Source of the DNA: Catajapyx aquilonaris
Lineage: Eukaryota
NCBI GenBank assembly: GCA_000934665.2
Contig: KZ538020.1
Span: 1 to 64,000 of the forward strand
Direction of reading: 5' to 3'
Length of the DNA: 64,000 nucleotides
Part shown: in pieces, positions 41,084 through 54,008 of the stretch
Layout of the letters: each line of letters begins with the position of its first letter
Position numbering within the stretch: position 1 is the first letter of the stretch
Notes under the pieces: generated by a model
What the model saw: the letters and a program-made list of their open reading frames with translations, nothing else
Databases searched by the model: none
Told to the model about the DNA's origin: nothing
Translations under genes and position numbers: made by a program

Positions 41084-41191
41084 TGGGTGGAATTTTCGTC
41101 TCACTGCTAGTTACTGCTAACTTAGCAATGTACCATTACACTGGTACTGCTAAGTTAGCAGTAACTAACAGTGAGACGAAAATTCCACCCA
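41084..41191. mobile_element. 108-bp near-perfect palindromic MITE-like element
   Basis: tgggtggaattttcgtctcactgctagttactgctaacttagca pairs with tgctaagttagcagtaactaacagtgagacgaaaattccaccca (one mismatch). Confidence 0.8.
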
Positions 41192-44100
41192 ATAAATCTG
41201 CCACTAGCAATTTGACTACATATTAGTTCCTCCTCCCATCCACCCGAGGCGCTGTCTCCCCCCGTTACGCAGGCGCAGCACGGTGGCTATCTGTAAACAA
41301 ACCACCTGCAGGTCCTTACGGGTCGCGTGTCCGAAAAAGATCCCTACCCCGATGGGGCCAATGCTCGGTTGCTCACAATGAAGAGGAAACACCCCATATC
41401 CCCAGCAACCATCCACTTTCCCCCCACTGACCAGTAGCACCCACCACCGCCAGTAGCGGCCTTTTTTAAAATGCCTGCTGCACTCGGGATGGCCGGAAGT
41501 TGCTCCATCTCCGCGTTTCTAAAAGCCAAATGCGAATTCCATGAGCACTGCGCTGCCCGGCTTCATGCTTCCATTACGCCTAACTCCACGCTTCGAATCG
41601 TTATGCAGTGCAAAAAGCTTGTACGCAAAAAAAATACTGATTTAATTATACACGGCACCCTCATACCGCAACTATCGGCTGAAACAATAACATAAGGTGT
41701 GTTCTAAGCATATATCTCTAGGTACAAAAAAAAAATGTCTTCGGAGGTCCATGCATACCGAGCTGTCTGGACTCCTTGTCAGACCACAAATTCAAAGAAA
41801 GACACGGCAATTAAGCATCGAGGCCTGTTCGGAGCCCGCGATTACACGGCCAGACAAATTGGGTCGCAGCTTTATGGGCTACAGATAATGATCTTACAGG
41901 CGGGAGGAGACCCTTGTCCGGCTTTGTCACTTTTGTCACCTTATTCCGCCCACAGCACCTATGGGGCAAGGGGAAGGCTGACATACCACAATGGATTCCT
42001 GTCCCGGCCGTGGTAGGCTGCAGGCGTGGTATGTGGGATATGTGGATCTTGGGGTCAGCCACAAAGGAAGTGCAGGCTTCCTATTCGATCCTCATTAGCA
42101 TGCTTGCTCCGCCATTTGCCGGTGTCAATTATCCAGACTCGGCCGGGTGTGTGTGATGCTTGCCATCAGGATACGGGCCAAAATGGGGGAATGCGTGCTC
42201 CTTCTGATTGCCCGCGGACACCTCATCGGCCCCTAGCCAACATTACCCTGCCAAAATCACGGAACGACGCGCCAATGAAGATTACGTAGGCACTCCCCAT
42301 TCCACGGCAAAAGTCTGAGCTGCGTGAGTAACGGCTAGACTCACAAATCGACACTATATACCCCCCCTGCTTTCATCCAAGTTTAATGGAGGTCTAAATG
42401 TGACCCCGCGCCATAATGCACTTTCCTAATGTTTTTGGTTCAGCAGCGAGGTTTCCAACTGTGAGTTAGATATTTTGAGCAAACCCCCCTCTACCAATTA
42501 AAGGACCCCATTTTTAAAGACCATGGACCAGATCGCATTACTCGCCAGATAAATGCTTAAAGAAAACAGGGTCCTCGCTGAGCCTCTCACAAGGACAAAT
42601 TGGCTGCCGAGAGGCTACCCCCCACCACCCCAGTCCCAAAAACCCACCTCCAAATTGCTCTCTTCTTTACAGAAATCCCAGGAACGATCGGAATTCCAGA
42701 TCGAGGAGGGCTAGTTCTTTCCTGTGGGTCTAAGGCCCCACAGAGTTTGTTACTTGGAAGCCACTCCAATCCAAACAAACCGAGCTGCGAGTTGCGTATA
42801 AATCACCCTACAGACCAGAACTCCATCATGACCCAAACGGATATTCCTCACATGTCAAAAAAAAACCTTCATTGGCTCCTTTTCCCTAGCTATAATTCAA
42901 CTACCTCACCTGTCACATAAACCTTCTGAGGCCAGGACAACAAATGCACCCTCCTAGATTTATGCCCTTTTGATATCCTTTAGTTTACACAAAAAAAAAC
43001 AGGAGAGGAAAAGAACCCTACTTGTCATTGTCACAGTTTTCAATATCAGCCTTTGAGAGCCCCGGTTACACTCAATGGAACCAGTGGAAATCGGTGGCAA
43101 GATAGTTCAATTGAGCCCTCGGGCCTCTCAATTGGCTTGATTGGGGACCTTCGACAAGTGACTGGTCCATTCATCCCATTTTGTGGGCACTGCCTGCTTA
43201 ACTCGCTCCCAAATTGGTGTTTGACCTCACCCAGTGTAGTGATGTCACTGTAATCTGCGGGAGAGATCCGGACGTTTCGCCCCCGCCGTTTCTGCGGGGG
43301 CGAAAAGTCCAAGACCCGTATCGTGCGGTCATTTTGCAAATAAGCCAAGAGGTCATCCTCCAAAAAAAAATCTCTTTTCCTACCATCTGCTAAGAGGGCC
43401 AAAGAGCACAAGGGGGCTCAACAAGTCGCTGCTATTGATCGGTAGGGAATTTGATCTCGCCCTGTAAATCTCCCAATTGGAAACCGGCAAACGGCCCATA
43501 AAAAGCCGGGAAACCCGCACCCCCAACACAATCAGGGCTGCGTTTAAAAAAAAAAAGAAGGAAAGAAGAGGGTAAAAAAACTCTCAAGAAGCAAACCATG
43601 GATGGATGGAGTCAGCGTCTATCACAAGAAAAAAGCCTGACTGACATACGGCTTACAAAGTCGGGTTTGTGTTTTTATACCAGCCCATGGGGGTCACTCC
43701 TTGGGTAGAAAAATAAATAGGAAAGTTAATCCGGATATTGTTCTCAAAACCATGTCGGCATCCTCAATAAAAAATATCAAGGGTAAAATAGTGTTTAGAA
43801 TCGTAGATAAGCGGTACAAAAAATAGGTTAGGCAATAGAAGCTGACCGTATCGCCTCATCTTGAAGAACGCCAATTGGTTGGAAGGCACTGTAGAGAATG
43901 TCATTACAGATAGTCCAAATAGGATTGGCTAGAAAGCAACGGCGCAATTTCATTGTATTTGCTTGTATCGTACTGTTCAAAAAAGTAGCACTTTGTTCAT
44001 ATACCGACTTGGAGGTGTTATTTTATAATTATGCCAAATCATTCCAATCACAAAATACCACATCAGTAACCAGTACATGAGTTACAATATACACCCTGCG

Positions 44101-46618
44101 CAGGTGCTTAGGGCAACTTGTTAAAAAAAAAGAACCTACCTGCTGCCCTCACTGCTAATAATTCATACAGACACTAGCTTCACAGGATATAAAGTTTCGC
44201 AGACCGCTTGTAACGAGAGAAAGGAATTATTCATGAAAGAGAAATCATGCGGAAAATAAGATTTCCGGCATTACAAGATATTCTTTTGGAAATTCGACCA
44301 TGGGCTAATTCCGTCCAGAATACCAATTAAAAGATGCGATCTGCATTCAGCCGAGATAATACCGAATTAGCGATGCACATTTTGTTTTACTCGGATTCCT
44401 CCAGAAATTCTATGCCATTTCCAATCGGGGAAAATATAAAGAAAGAAAGGGATTTTCGAGGGAATGGAAAGAAACCACTCCACTGCCTTTTTATGTCAAT
44501 AAGGTTTGGCTCAGAAGCTATTAAAACAATTGCTGCTTGAAGAATTATTGGTCTGGAATTTGCTCGGGTTCAGAACACACCTGGAGATCACTGTAACAAT
44601 GGGGTCAAAACCTATATATTGCAAATCTTGGCTCGAGTACAAAATAGGAGTAGAGGCGGCTATTGCGCAGATGACAAGGAGATTCCCTACCGTAGACCAC
44701 ATTTGACTGCTCTATTTCAGATGCGCTAATTAATGTCACTCAAAGCTCCGGTTTACGTCCGTTTGCTGCCAGGATACGCTATTCTCTTTAACAATCCTGC
44801 GCTCCAAAAATTTCTGACGCAAGCTTGCTTCAAGCCTATATTATATAGGTCCAGGTTGCTGCTGGGCTGGACAAACAACAGATTTTGCGCTAGCAGACCT
44901 GTCTCAATTTTGCTTTTCCAGTTTACGTACACCGTAATTATGCAAGCCCCAGACTACTACTGCAGCAGTACTATAGAGTATATAAGGAATTAGGAAGCAC
45001 AGACTATACTTGTTGTGGTGGCAAAACCGACACAATATAGTGCCGTGGTCATCCCCCCCTACTTTGTACATTCGATTGCATTATTCATGGGAGTCATTTA
45101 CAATTCAATTGCGCGGCGTAATTCGTAGTAATCAGGTGCATAGAGAGTTTTCAAGAAAAATATAGCGTGAGCCGCATTAAAATATTTCAAAGGCTACTGC
45201 CGAGGTGAAGCAAATGGGCTTGTTTACCCTCACGCATTTGTTACGAGAGCATTACAAGAAAAGACCGCATGTTAGCACTATACGCAGGATGTAAGTCGTC
45301 ACCATATTATGAACAAAGGAATTAACGCATATAAATAAGACAGTAGCCTACGTGTGCTACTGGCTGCAGATATGTTGATTCCAGCTAGCCTCCTTCGCGG
45401 CCACCACATCACTTATTACAAACCGTTACAAACAGTCCCTCCACCCCAATGACATCTACCGGCGAACATGGCAACCGGCTCCATCTACCTGGATGTTATA
45501 GCAAGTGACGATAAGATATGCCATAGCAAGCCAAGTAGTTTTGAGGGAGTGAGTTATAGAAGCCAGTCTGCAGTAGAATGACATCATCTTCATCCTCGGA
45601 CGCAATTAGCCTCAATTTACTGGGCATTTAAGCCAATCATGTTTTTAAATGCATGGTGTTTCCGAGGGCGACAATTCCCATGGAGTCGAGTGGTTGCAGT
45701 GGAGATGCGCTTGTCAAATCAAGGCAATTAGTAGGAGCAAGAGAGGCGGCGCACCTACACATACACACTCACATATACAAGACCTCTGGGCCTCCCCAGT
45801 AGCCGAGCAACGCCAGACACGTGACAGCCTTGTTCTCCCGAATATGACTTGGCATTCGAGAGGGATGATTTTTCTCCTCCTCCAACTCCTCCCCTCCCCT
45901 CCAGCATGCAACATTTACCGCAATTAATTTTAAAATCCATAAATATTTTGCGTCCCCCCGTTTCTTGTTGGACCAACAGCGGCGAGGTAGGAAATGCTGT
46001 TTGTGATACTTTAGCCTGATTGCAATGAAATTGATGCAAAACGCAGAATGTGCTGCTCGTCTCTGAGGAGAAGACCCGACCCAGCAAATGCAGCCTTGCA
46101 AACCTCGTTAGCTTATTGCGGATTCGCTTACAGCCCCCCTTCGCTCGTCCTGTGACGTCACACCCGCATTTCCTTGGGGCTATTCTTTCTCCAGTTGGCC
46201 CAAACCACTCTCAAAAACCACACATTGTTGCCAGTGCATATCCCAGCGACTGATATCGATATATCGGTCGATATATCGGCCATCATCAAGCATCTCGAAT
46301 GGGTCTCCCACGTGGTTGTACCACCCACGATCACATTTTGCAGTCTTCGCCACCTCCACCACCTTATCCCTGCCCATAATTCCCTGCTGGGGAGCGAAGA
46401 GGGCCCAGAGCAGTATAAATCAGCCTTCCTTCTGAAGCCCATAAAATAGCGCGACCGAATGAGAACCTCAAAAGTGATCGAGCATCGCGATTAAGGCGAT
46501 AAGTAATCCTGCTCTTTCTTCTCCCCTTTTCCTTAGCCCCCAGGTTACAAAGGTTGGGGACTCCATTCATCCGAAGCTTCTTTAGACCCTTGCAGGATTT
46601 ACTAGCACCCAAATAAAG

Positions 46619-46706
46619 ATTATCGGACCTTCCGTTTAAATATATATATTTAAACGGAAGGTCCGATAATTACGACGACATCATCCGTATACGGATGATG
46701 TCGTCG
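46619..46706. repeat. Two adjacent perfect loopless palindromes (52 bp and 34 bp)
   Basis: 46619-46670 attatcggaccttccgtttaaatata|tatatttaaacggaaggtccgataat, then TA, then 46673-46706 cgacgacatcatccgta|tacggatgatgtcgtcg; pairing checked base by base. Confidence 0.97.
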
Positions 46707-48485
46707 AGATTCTTTATAGGGTGAGCATCACAGTGTGGTGAGGTGAGATGAGGCGCTTTGCAAAAAGCCTAGTGATGGATCCTGCTCGCGTGTAAATCCA
46801 GAGAGGATCCGGGGGAGGACGAGGCCGGTGGCTTCAAATCCAGCCTCCGGATAAAACGAGATTCTGGATGCTCTATCTTGGCGGAGCAAGGCGCTTCCGT
46901 CGGCCCAATGACAGGCTCTAGGCCTCCGTCAGCTCCGCTCGCCTTGCCACTGGTGACCGTCCGAGACCACTTCTTGACACTCTTAAAGCCGGACATTATC
47001 CTGGACACATGCTAAGCGACCCCCTGGTTTTTCGGTTTCAACATGAGTCAAGCCACCTTGCTAGCCTCAATCGGCACAATCATTGGCTAAACAAACGTGG
47101 AGTGACTCAGGAGCTTCGTTCATCCATGTGGAATTACCCATGATTGGGTCTCCCCCGCACTTATTATTAGGTCTTGATTGAAAGCAATAGGAATCGCCCA
47201 CCCTACCAACCACCCCCCTATATGCCCTCACTAACCCCTCCATCTCTAACTGTATGCTAATAAAAGCAATTTGGGCGACACGCATGTTTCACTTATGATC
47301 ATCATGTTATCGCAGCATGTTGCCGATCAATGGGACAAAGTGTGTGGGCCACACCCTCACGCAGAATTAAGAAGAATTAGCGGATATATAAATTTTCTGC
47401 TCTCGACTGATGAGCCAGGACAAAAATCTAGGACATACGTTCAAGTGGCACTTGCCTGAGTTATTGAATGATTATTGTATTGATTGGTGTGCAGATTGAT
47501 AGGTTCAGAATTGCCTCAAGGGTTAAAGCGATATGCTGAGTGCTGTATTGTGCAACTACTATTTTTTATGATTGTAATATCTACCCTATGAGGTGCATTG
47601 CACTCTGACCCAAAATACAAAAAAAAATCCGCATCGCTTGCAAGTCCAATTATTTTTGTAGGCTATAGTTAAGCCTTCCTTCAGCAATGGGTAGGAAATG
47701 CGTCAAACCATGCTAGTGTGCAATCCTGTAACTGCATTTAATGATTGTAGTCTCTGTAAAGCCCAGTGGGTATTTGACGAGGATGATTCGGCTTCAGTGT
47801 ATTGGCCGACGACAGCAGCACAGCTCGGATGAAAACCAAAGCCGTTTGATAAAAAGGAAGGGGTGGGTGCCGGGTGGAAATAAATGAAAAGCCTGAGCGA
47901 GCACATTCATCCGGGCGGCACACACACACGTGACGTCATACCGAGCGGCCGGGGGGACGAGGTGTTAGCGAATCGCATAAATCTGCCTTTTCCATCAATT
48001 TGCACAGCACACATTGGAATCACTTGAGCAGAGCACAAAAGCTAATCTTCCCATACATGAAATACAAGAGCATAATGTTGTCCGGTGACCACTACCCCGA
48101 TTATGGTAAACTACTCCAATTAATGGCGTAATTGGTATAATTAGTATCCGCAAATGACAAAGAAGAAGATAAAAGGTTTTTCAAACGCGAAATATCTGCA
48201 ATTATGCAGTGTAACCAAACAGGGGGGGAACTGGGGCTGTAAATGCAGCAGGAATCTTGCGCTGCTCATTCTCGTGGAGCCACCGCTTCATATTCCAATC
48301 GGAAATGCGATAAAGCTTCGACCCGTTGCCAGATGCAATCAGAACAGCTTCACCACCATCCACAACCACCGAAATGATTAATAAATAAACAACAAATAAA
48401 TAGTTTGCGACCACCCTCTGGCACTGAAGGGTCACGATCTAAGTTTATTCAGCCAAGCCTCCACCGAGGCTGCCACACGACTTAA

Positions 48486-48898
48486 AGGGACACTCCACTC
48501 AAAAATAAGTTTGTCTATAAAAATCGGGCGAAAAATCCTGAATCCGACGGTGCAATTGGTTTTTCGCTACGGGGAACGGTAATCCCAGGGCGAGGTGTCA
48601 AAGTGTGTCGTCTTCTAATGAGCGGCGCCGCCACGCGGGGAACAGGGGAACTGGAGCGCTGCACCGCTCTGGGATGGGCCTAAGCGCGCGGGCAGGCTGG
48701 AGCAGCCCTCCAGTTCCCAAGGTCCCGAGGGCGTCGCTGGCGGATGGCCAGCTTCTAGCGCACTATTTGAATTTCCCCACTTTGACCCCTCGCCCAGGGA
48801 TTACCGTTCCGCGTAGTGAAAAACGGATTGCACCTCCGGATTCAGGATTTTATGCCCGATTTTTAGAGTCAAACTTGTTTTTTGAGTGGAGTGTCCCT
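48486..48898. mobile_element. Non-autonomous DNA transposon with TTAA TSD, Kolobok-like
   Basis: TTAA|AGGGACACTCCACTCAAAAA ... TTTTTGAGTGGAGTGTCCCT|TTAA; imperfect TIRs of about 120 bp around a GC-rich core. 5'-RR termini with TTAA fit Kolobok rather than piggyBac (CCY termini). Confidence 0.9.
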
Positions 48899-51800
48899 TT
48901 AATACAACCCAACATCCACGCCATCTCCTGACGAAACTCGCTAGCTCCATCTACCGGATGGGTGTCCCAAGTAACTAAAAAAAAACGACTCCATCGCCCT
49001 TCTGAGCGTCTGATTGGAGGAAAGATCTATCCAGATCGCGGCAGGAGGCATTTGCGGATCAAAAGCCCGGATCGGTTGGGTCATTCTCCGACACAAATCG
49101 TTTGCAAAGTTAATCAGGCTCCGTTTCGTCTTTTTGCTCCCCAAGGCTCTTTCAATCCCCATTTCCGGGGGTTGAAAAAGGTTCTGTTCTGACTATCCTT
49201 TGAGAGTCAGACCCGTGGATCATTCTTTACAGGCAATGATCGCGGCCACACACTGGTCCAAGAACCACACACGGTTCCTCCACGTTATGAGAAAAGGGGG
49301 GAACCCCGCTCTCGGCAGAGAGAAAAGGGGCTTTAGGGGGAAATACACTGTCCAGGACAAATGTGTGCAGGAAACTGCAGCATAAAGGGGTTGAGGACAA
49401 ATGAAAATGTTCTTCCGTCCCCTAATGACCTTTATCGTTCTTTCCAATCATGTTATACTGCCACAATCGCTAAAAATTGTGTCTTGACATTGCTGTCCGC
49501 TATGAAAACAGACTCTGTGTATGATAAGTGGCCAAGCCCTGGCAACTGGAGGGTGTAATCATTATCCTCCCGGTGGCAGTCCTTTTGAGAGGCCAGCCTC
49601 CTTTGCCGGTACACTGCTATACCTGAGTCGGTCTGTCCGTCCGATTCATCGGCCCGCGCCTCCTGTCACTCAACCAGCCAAGAATCCGGATTCGGGTTGC
49701 ACAAAGCGCCACTGGCCCTTTCATCCGACACCACAAACTCCAGATGGATGGATGGGGGGGCACCAACAACCTTTGCGCTCTCTCGCTCTGCTATGCGATA
49801 TAAGTTACTTGTACCACTCCAGGTCGCTGCTACATTGCGGAATAATCAATCTAGCCCTTCCTCCCCCCCTGAAAATGGCCACAAAGTTTGGAATTCAGGA
49901 CGCGTTTGCGTCAAGAAGAATGGCGGTGCGGAAGTGGAGGTCCATCTGGACGCAGGGAAATGAGCAGAGACAAGAGGAACGAACGTCCACTCAGGAGATG
50001 AGCCCCTGGGAAGCTTTATGAGTCCGTCTCTCCGCTAATAGAAAGCCCAAGATAATCTGCGCCTCCCCAAGTCTTCATGACGCAAACTGTTACTTGTGGA
50101 CCTCCCTATGCTTTATATATTTTTTTTCCTTTTCTACTTCCCTACTCCATATTTTTTGTTGTGTATGTCAGTGTGTGTGTAAGGGAGCTCTAGCTGCGGA
50201 TCATCTCGCGCTGAGGTAGACAGACAAACAGGCGGGGATGACCCCACCGAGTGAAAAGTGACCCCAGAAGCAAATGGGCGGCCGCCTGGATTTATGGGCT
50301 CTGAAGGAAGAGGCCAGAAGAGGAGACGAGTCCCAGGCAGAGGCAATATTAGTCCGGACGGGGAAAACACATCCTCCCTTTCTGCTATCACCCTCACCAA
50401 AAAGGAAGACTATACCCTTCAACGCCTCACATTTTCACCACCATATAAATAATCCAGGTGCCAGAGAAAATGCTAAGAGAGGAAGCTGGTGTAACTGTAT
50501 CGGACTCATCAATCAGCCAAAAATTTTGTGGGACATAGAGGGGGTTTCAGGTACAATTTTTTTGCTCTATTCTAAGGGCCATCTGGACTGCTCAATATTC
50601 AAAGTGACTGGCGAGTACACAAGAGGGGAGACTTAGGGGCCATCTCCCACATCCACAAGGGTTTATATATTCACCCAAGGGGGAGAAAAAAAAAGGTTCT
50701 GAGGAAGCATTAGAAGGCTTTCCCCCCTTCCTCCTCCACTCGACCCGGCTAGAAAAGTTCGGAAGCAACAAGTGGCAGAGGTCGTATGCAGAGCAGATGT
50801 GGAGGGGAGACGAAAGAGAGGGGACACCAACCACCATCTCCTGCACCATCGCATCAACCACCAGGACCACCACAAAAACTCCGTGGGAAAACTTTCTCAG
50901 CGACATCTAATCCAAAGAGGGAAGTTGGCTCTCTGCCTGATACTGTAATTCCGACACCTCCAGATTTTCCTGCGAAAAAGCCAAAATATAACTGGCAGTG
51001 TTGCAAAATTCGGTCCAAAAACTGGCAGAAGTGCGACTCTCACGGTAAAAACAATATTGGTTTATTGCCACTACGGTGTCTCGCCCCCCTTTTGATGATG
51101 AGTGTGTGAGCTTGTATATGCTTAATTCAAAAATTTTCGAATCGTGTTCGCGGTGTTGTTGTTAGCTGAAATATCAATACCACAATGTAGATTTGCAAGA
51201 AAGTGCACCAACAATGTTCCAGCAAACTGGGGAGTAATGGTGCGTTAAGTTACCCCTCGTTATTTCAAATTAAACGAAACAATATACTATTTAGCCTACA
51301 CAAAAAACGGGCCGAAACTACCCAATTCTAGGCATATATCCAGCCAGCACCAGGATTACGTTCAAGAAACGTAACCTGTAAATGAATCCATGTGTTTAGA
51401 GGCTGTGCATCGAGAGTGCGGCTTGCAAAGGGTAAGGTTAGCTGCACAGACTTTTGGCCAGCAGCAAAAGCAGAAGCCAGGAGTGGAAGTGGAAGGCTCG
51501 TCACTGGAGCCGCCGTCACGTGAGGGGAGGCAAATGGAGGCGAAGGGATTACATTCAAGCCGTTAAAACGAGCCCAATAACTCGCCCACCCTTCGGCCGA
51601 AGGGGACCCTTAAATCAATATCAAGTTCGCTCCACCACGCATTGTCTCTATCTCTCTGCTTCTCCCCAGCACAAAGCCTAAAGAGAAAACGACAGGGAAA
51701 AACTGGGACGTGGCTGTTACAACGCGTTAGGACGCGTCTGAACATGCCGGAGCCGCGAAGCGTCGCGTTTGAACCGCTGAACATGGCGCGATGCTTTTCC

Positions 51801-52892
51801 TCAATTTCGAACGACCATAGCTATAGTCCTCGACGTACTAGGATTATAGTCGCTGGTAGTTCGGAGGAGGGGTCGAGTGGCGAACTGCTGAGGGCATAAA
51901 TAACGGGCAGAGCGCCATGACGTGTAAAATATGGCGAGTCTCCCACCGCGAGCGGCCTCTGCCAATCATTTCCACAACACGAGGCGCAAATTCCGCAAAT
52001 ATTCCGAACATATTCGACCACCTTTGTATCGGACAGTGATAAACCGGTTGGAGGAATCAAAACGTAATGTAGCACGTTTCCTGCTCTCAACAGATGTATC
52101 ATTGCTTTTACTGGACCATAAATTGATTAACGGCGGATTTATTGCTGGATGCGAGCGCCACTCGCCGCATCTGTACTCACTCACATTTCCCCACCCTCTA
52201 CCACCACCCACCCCAAAATGCTCGATCACCCTCTCGATCCTTTTCCTCTCCGGGAGGCACTCGCCCGATTATTTTTACTGCCCTCTAACTCTCGACCCAA
52301 GTGGTCGATCACATCCGAGGCTAGGTAATCAAAAGGCATAACGATGACTCCGAGGGGTCCGACACTAGATCAAAGGGCTTGTCGCCATATTTCGAAGCCT
52401 TATCAAATTTCCCGAAAACTATAGGCGTCGCTTCCTAATTGTGACATGTGAACCAGGGCCCTAGTCCTATCAAGTTGACTTTGGAGCGACCACAGCGCCA
52501 ACCAACCGGTCCCCAAATCCGCCCAACAAACTTTCGCCAACGAATTGCTTTGCAAATGAACCCACTCGGAAAGTCTTCAAATTTCTGGTAATTAGAACGG
52601 CCGCTTAAAACCCCCTCCTCCCCCGGAAACTCCTTCGGATTTTCATTTTTCCCCGGACATGAAGGTGAGCAGCCAGCATTGCCGGCACACATCTCCCGGA
52701 TTATCCCAGAATATTGCCCAAACTATTCCGCTGCCAATAAACATTACTTCAACTTATATCCAGTTAATTAGCCTACTTAATTTTGCCCGCAATTAATCGC
52801 CACACGCAGTGAGAAGTCCATTAAGCGATTATCCCATAGGATGATGCGCACCCACGAAAAACTATTTCTATTTTTAAAACTTTTTGGCCTTA

Positions 52893-53120
52893 AACCGAAA
52901 CAGATTGGTGTAGTGGTTAATGAGTCCGACTGCTAATCGGGATGTCCTGGGTTCGATTCCCGAGGCCGGCTATCCTGATCCCTTCCAGGATAATTCCGGG
53001 GTCGATTCCGTATAATAGGCCACAGCCGTCCATGTGTGAGGAAAAGTTTCAGAAAAATTGAGTGGGAAAATTGTGGTATTCCACCCCTCTAATGAAGCGC
53101 CGATTCTCCCAATGGGGTTA
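52893..53120 (+). mobile_element. SINE family A, + strand copy
   Basis: A-box TGGTGTAGTGG (52906-52916), anticodon-like arm CCGA-CTGCTAA-TCGG, B-box GGTTCGATTCC (52950-52960), core ataattccgggg...ccgtataataggccaca, and 3' end gcgccgattctcccaatggggt shared with the 26.3-kb copy. Confidence 0.88.
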
Positions 53121-53122
53121 TA

Positions 53123-53311
53123 CAGGGTGTTTCAACTTTTTTGTCCGAACAGTTATCGGAAATATTGCTACTTTGTAAGCAGTGTATGCCACGTCAACCT
53201 AAGATTCGCAGGGATTCCCCATTCCTCCGACAAACCGGTTGCAACTCACTGCTTACAAAGTAGCAGCTTATAGTGCAATAACTGTTCGGACAAAAATGTT
53301 GAAACACCCTG
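53123..53311. mobile_element. MITE family M3 (Tc1/mariner-like, TA TSD) inserted at the SINE A tail
   Basis: TA|CAGGGTGTTTCAACTTTTTTGTCCGAACAGTTAT ... ATAACTGTTCGGACAAAAATGTTGAAACACCCTG|TA, with inner IR gctactttgtaagcagtg / cactgcttacaaagtagc. Confidence 0.92.
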
Positions 53312-54008
53312 TATATATATGTGTGTGTATGTACATATAAACTTGTTGGCCTAAAAAAATAGCTTCCGGTGCCTCGAGAATCCAGCAAATGTTGTTCTCG
53401 AAACGCCACGCCGTATCTCTCATTTGAAAGGGGTGACAAGATCCAGGAGTTGGAAATCCGGGCTTGTAGGCTAATGGAGTGGTAGCCTTCAGGGCTAGCA
53501 GGGGAGAGTATATAGGGTCGTAGCTGGGCATATACGATAGATGGTGCAGTGGATGCAAAGGCTGGTTGGGGTTGGTTCACAGGAGAGAGAGATCTCAAGA
53601 AGCGGAACCGGGCCGGGTCCCTTTTCAGCCTCGGCGTGATTGAGATCGGACGGCGGACAGCCAGCTATTAAGACTGCCACGCTCGGCAGGCCTCGGATTG
53701 ACACCGCCCCAGCTATTGTGCCGTGTTTCCCCAACTTGGGACTCTACAGAGCGTCTCAAGAGCACCCCTCACTCACTCACTCACTTAGACCCACGCCTTA
53801 ACACACATAAGGCCCACCCAAGCAACCCGCCTTTCAATTCCGATATAGACTGCCGACCACACTTTGCAGGATTTCAAACGCATTGTTTGTGATGTGGGAC
53901 TCCTTTGCCTTTGCCTTGCCTTGGTAAGGGGTGCTGAGAGAAAAGGGGTTGAGCTAGCGGGCGCCAGATAGCAGCAGCCTGCAGAACCGGCTTGGGCGGA
54001 TGACATAC

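Noticed and set aside
46769..47008. 79-aa minus-strand ORF with a protein-like look
   Set aside because: No recognisable family and no convincing splice or start context.
52893..52970. Possible tRNA-Ser gene (and tRNA-Gly-like sequences at 26.1, 26.7 and 28.3 kb)
   Set aside because: No proper acceptor stem, no Ser variable arm, and each continues into a shared repeat body with an A-rich tail; these are SINE heads.
53785..54008. Continuation of ORF 53785..54123 beyond DVT
   Set aside because: Homology stops exactly at the GTATGT donor; the remainder is intron read-through.
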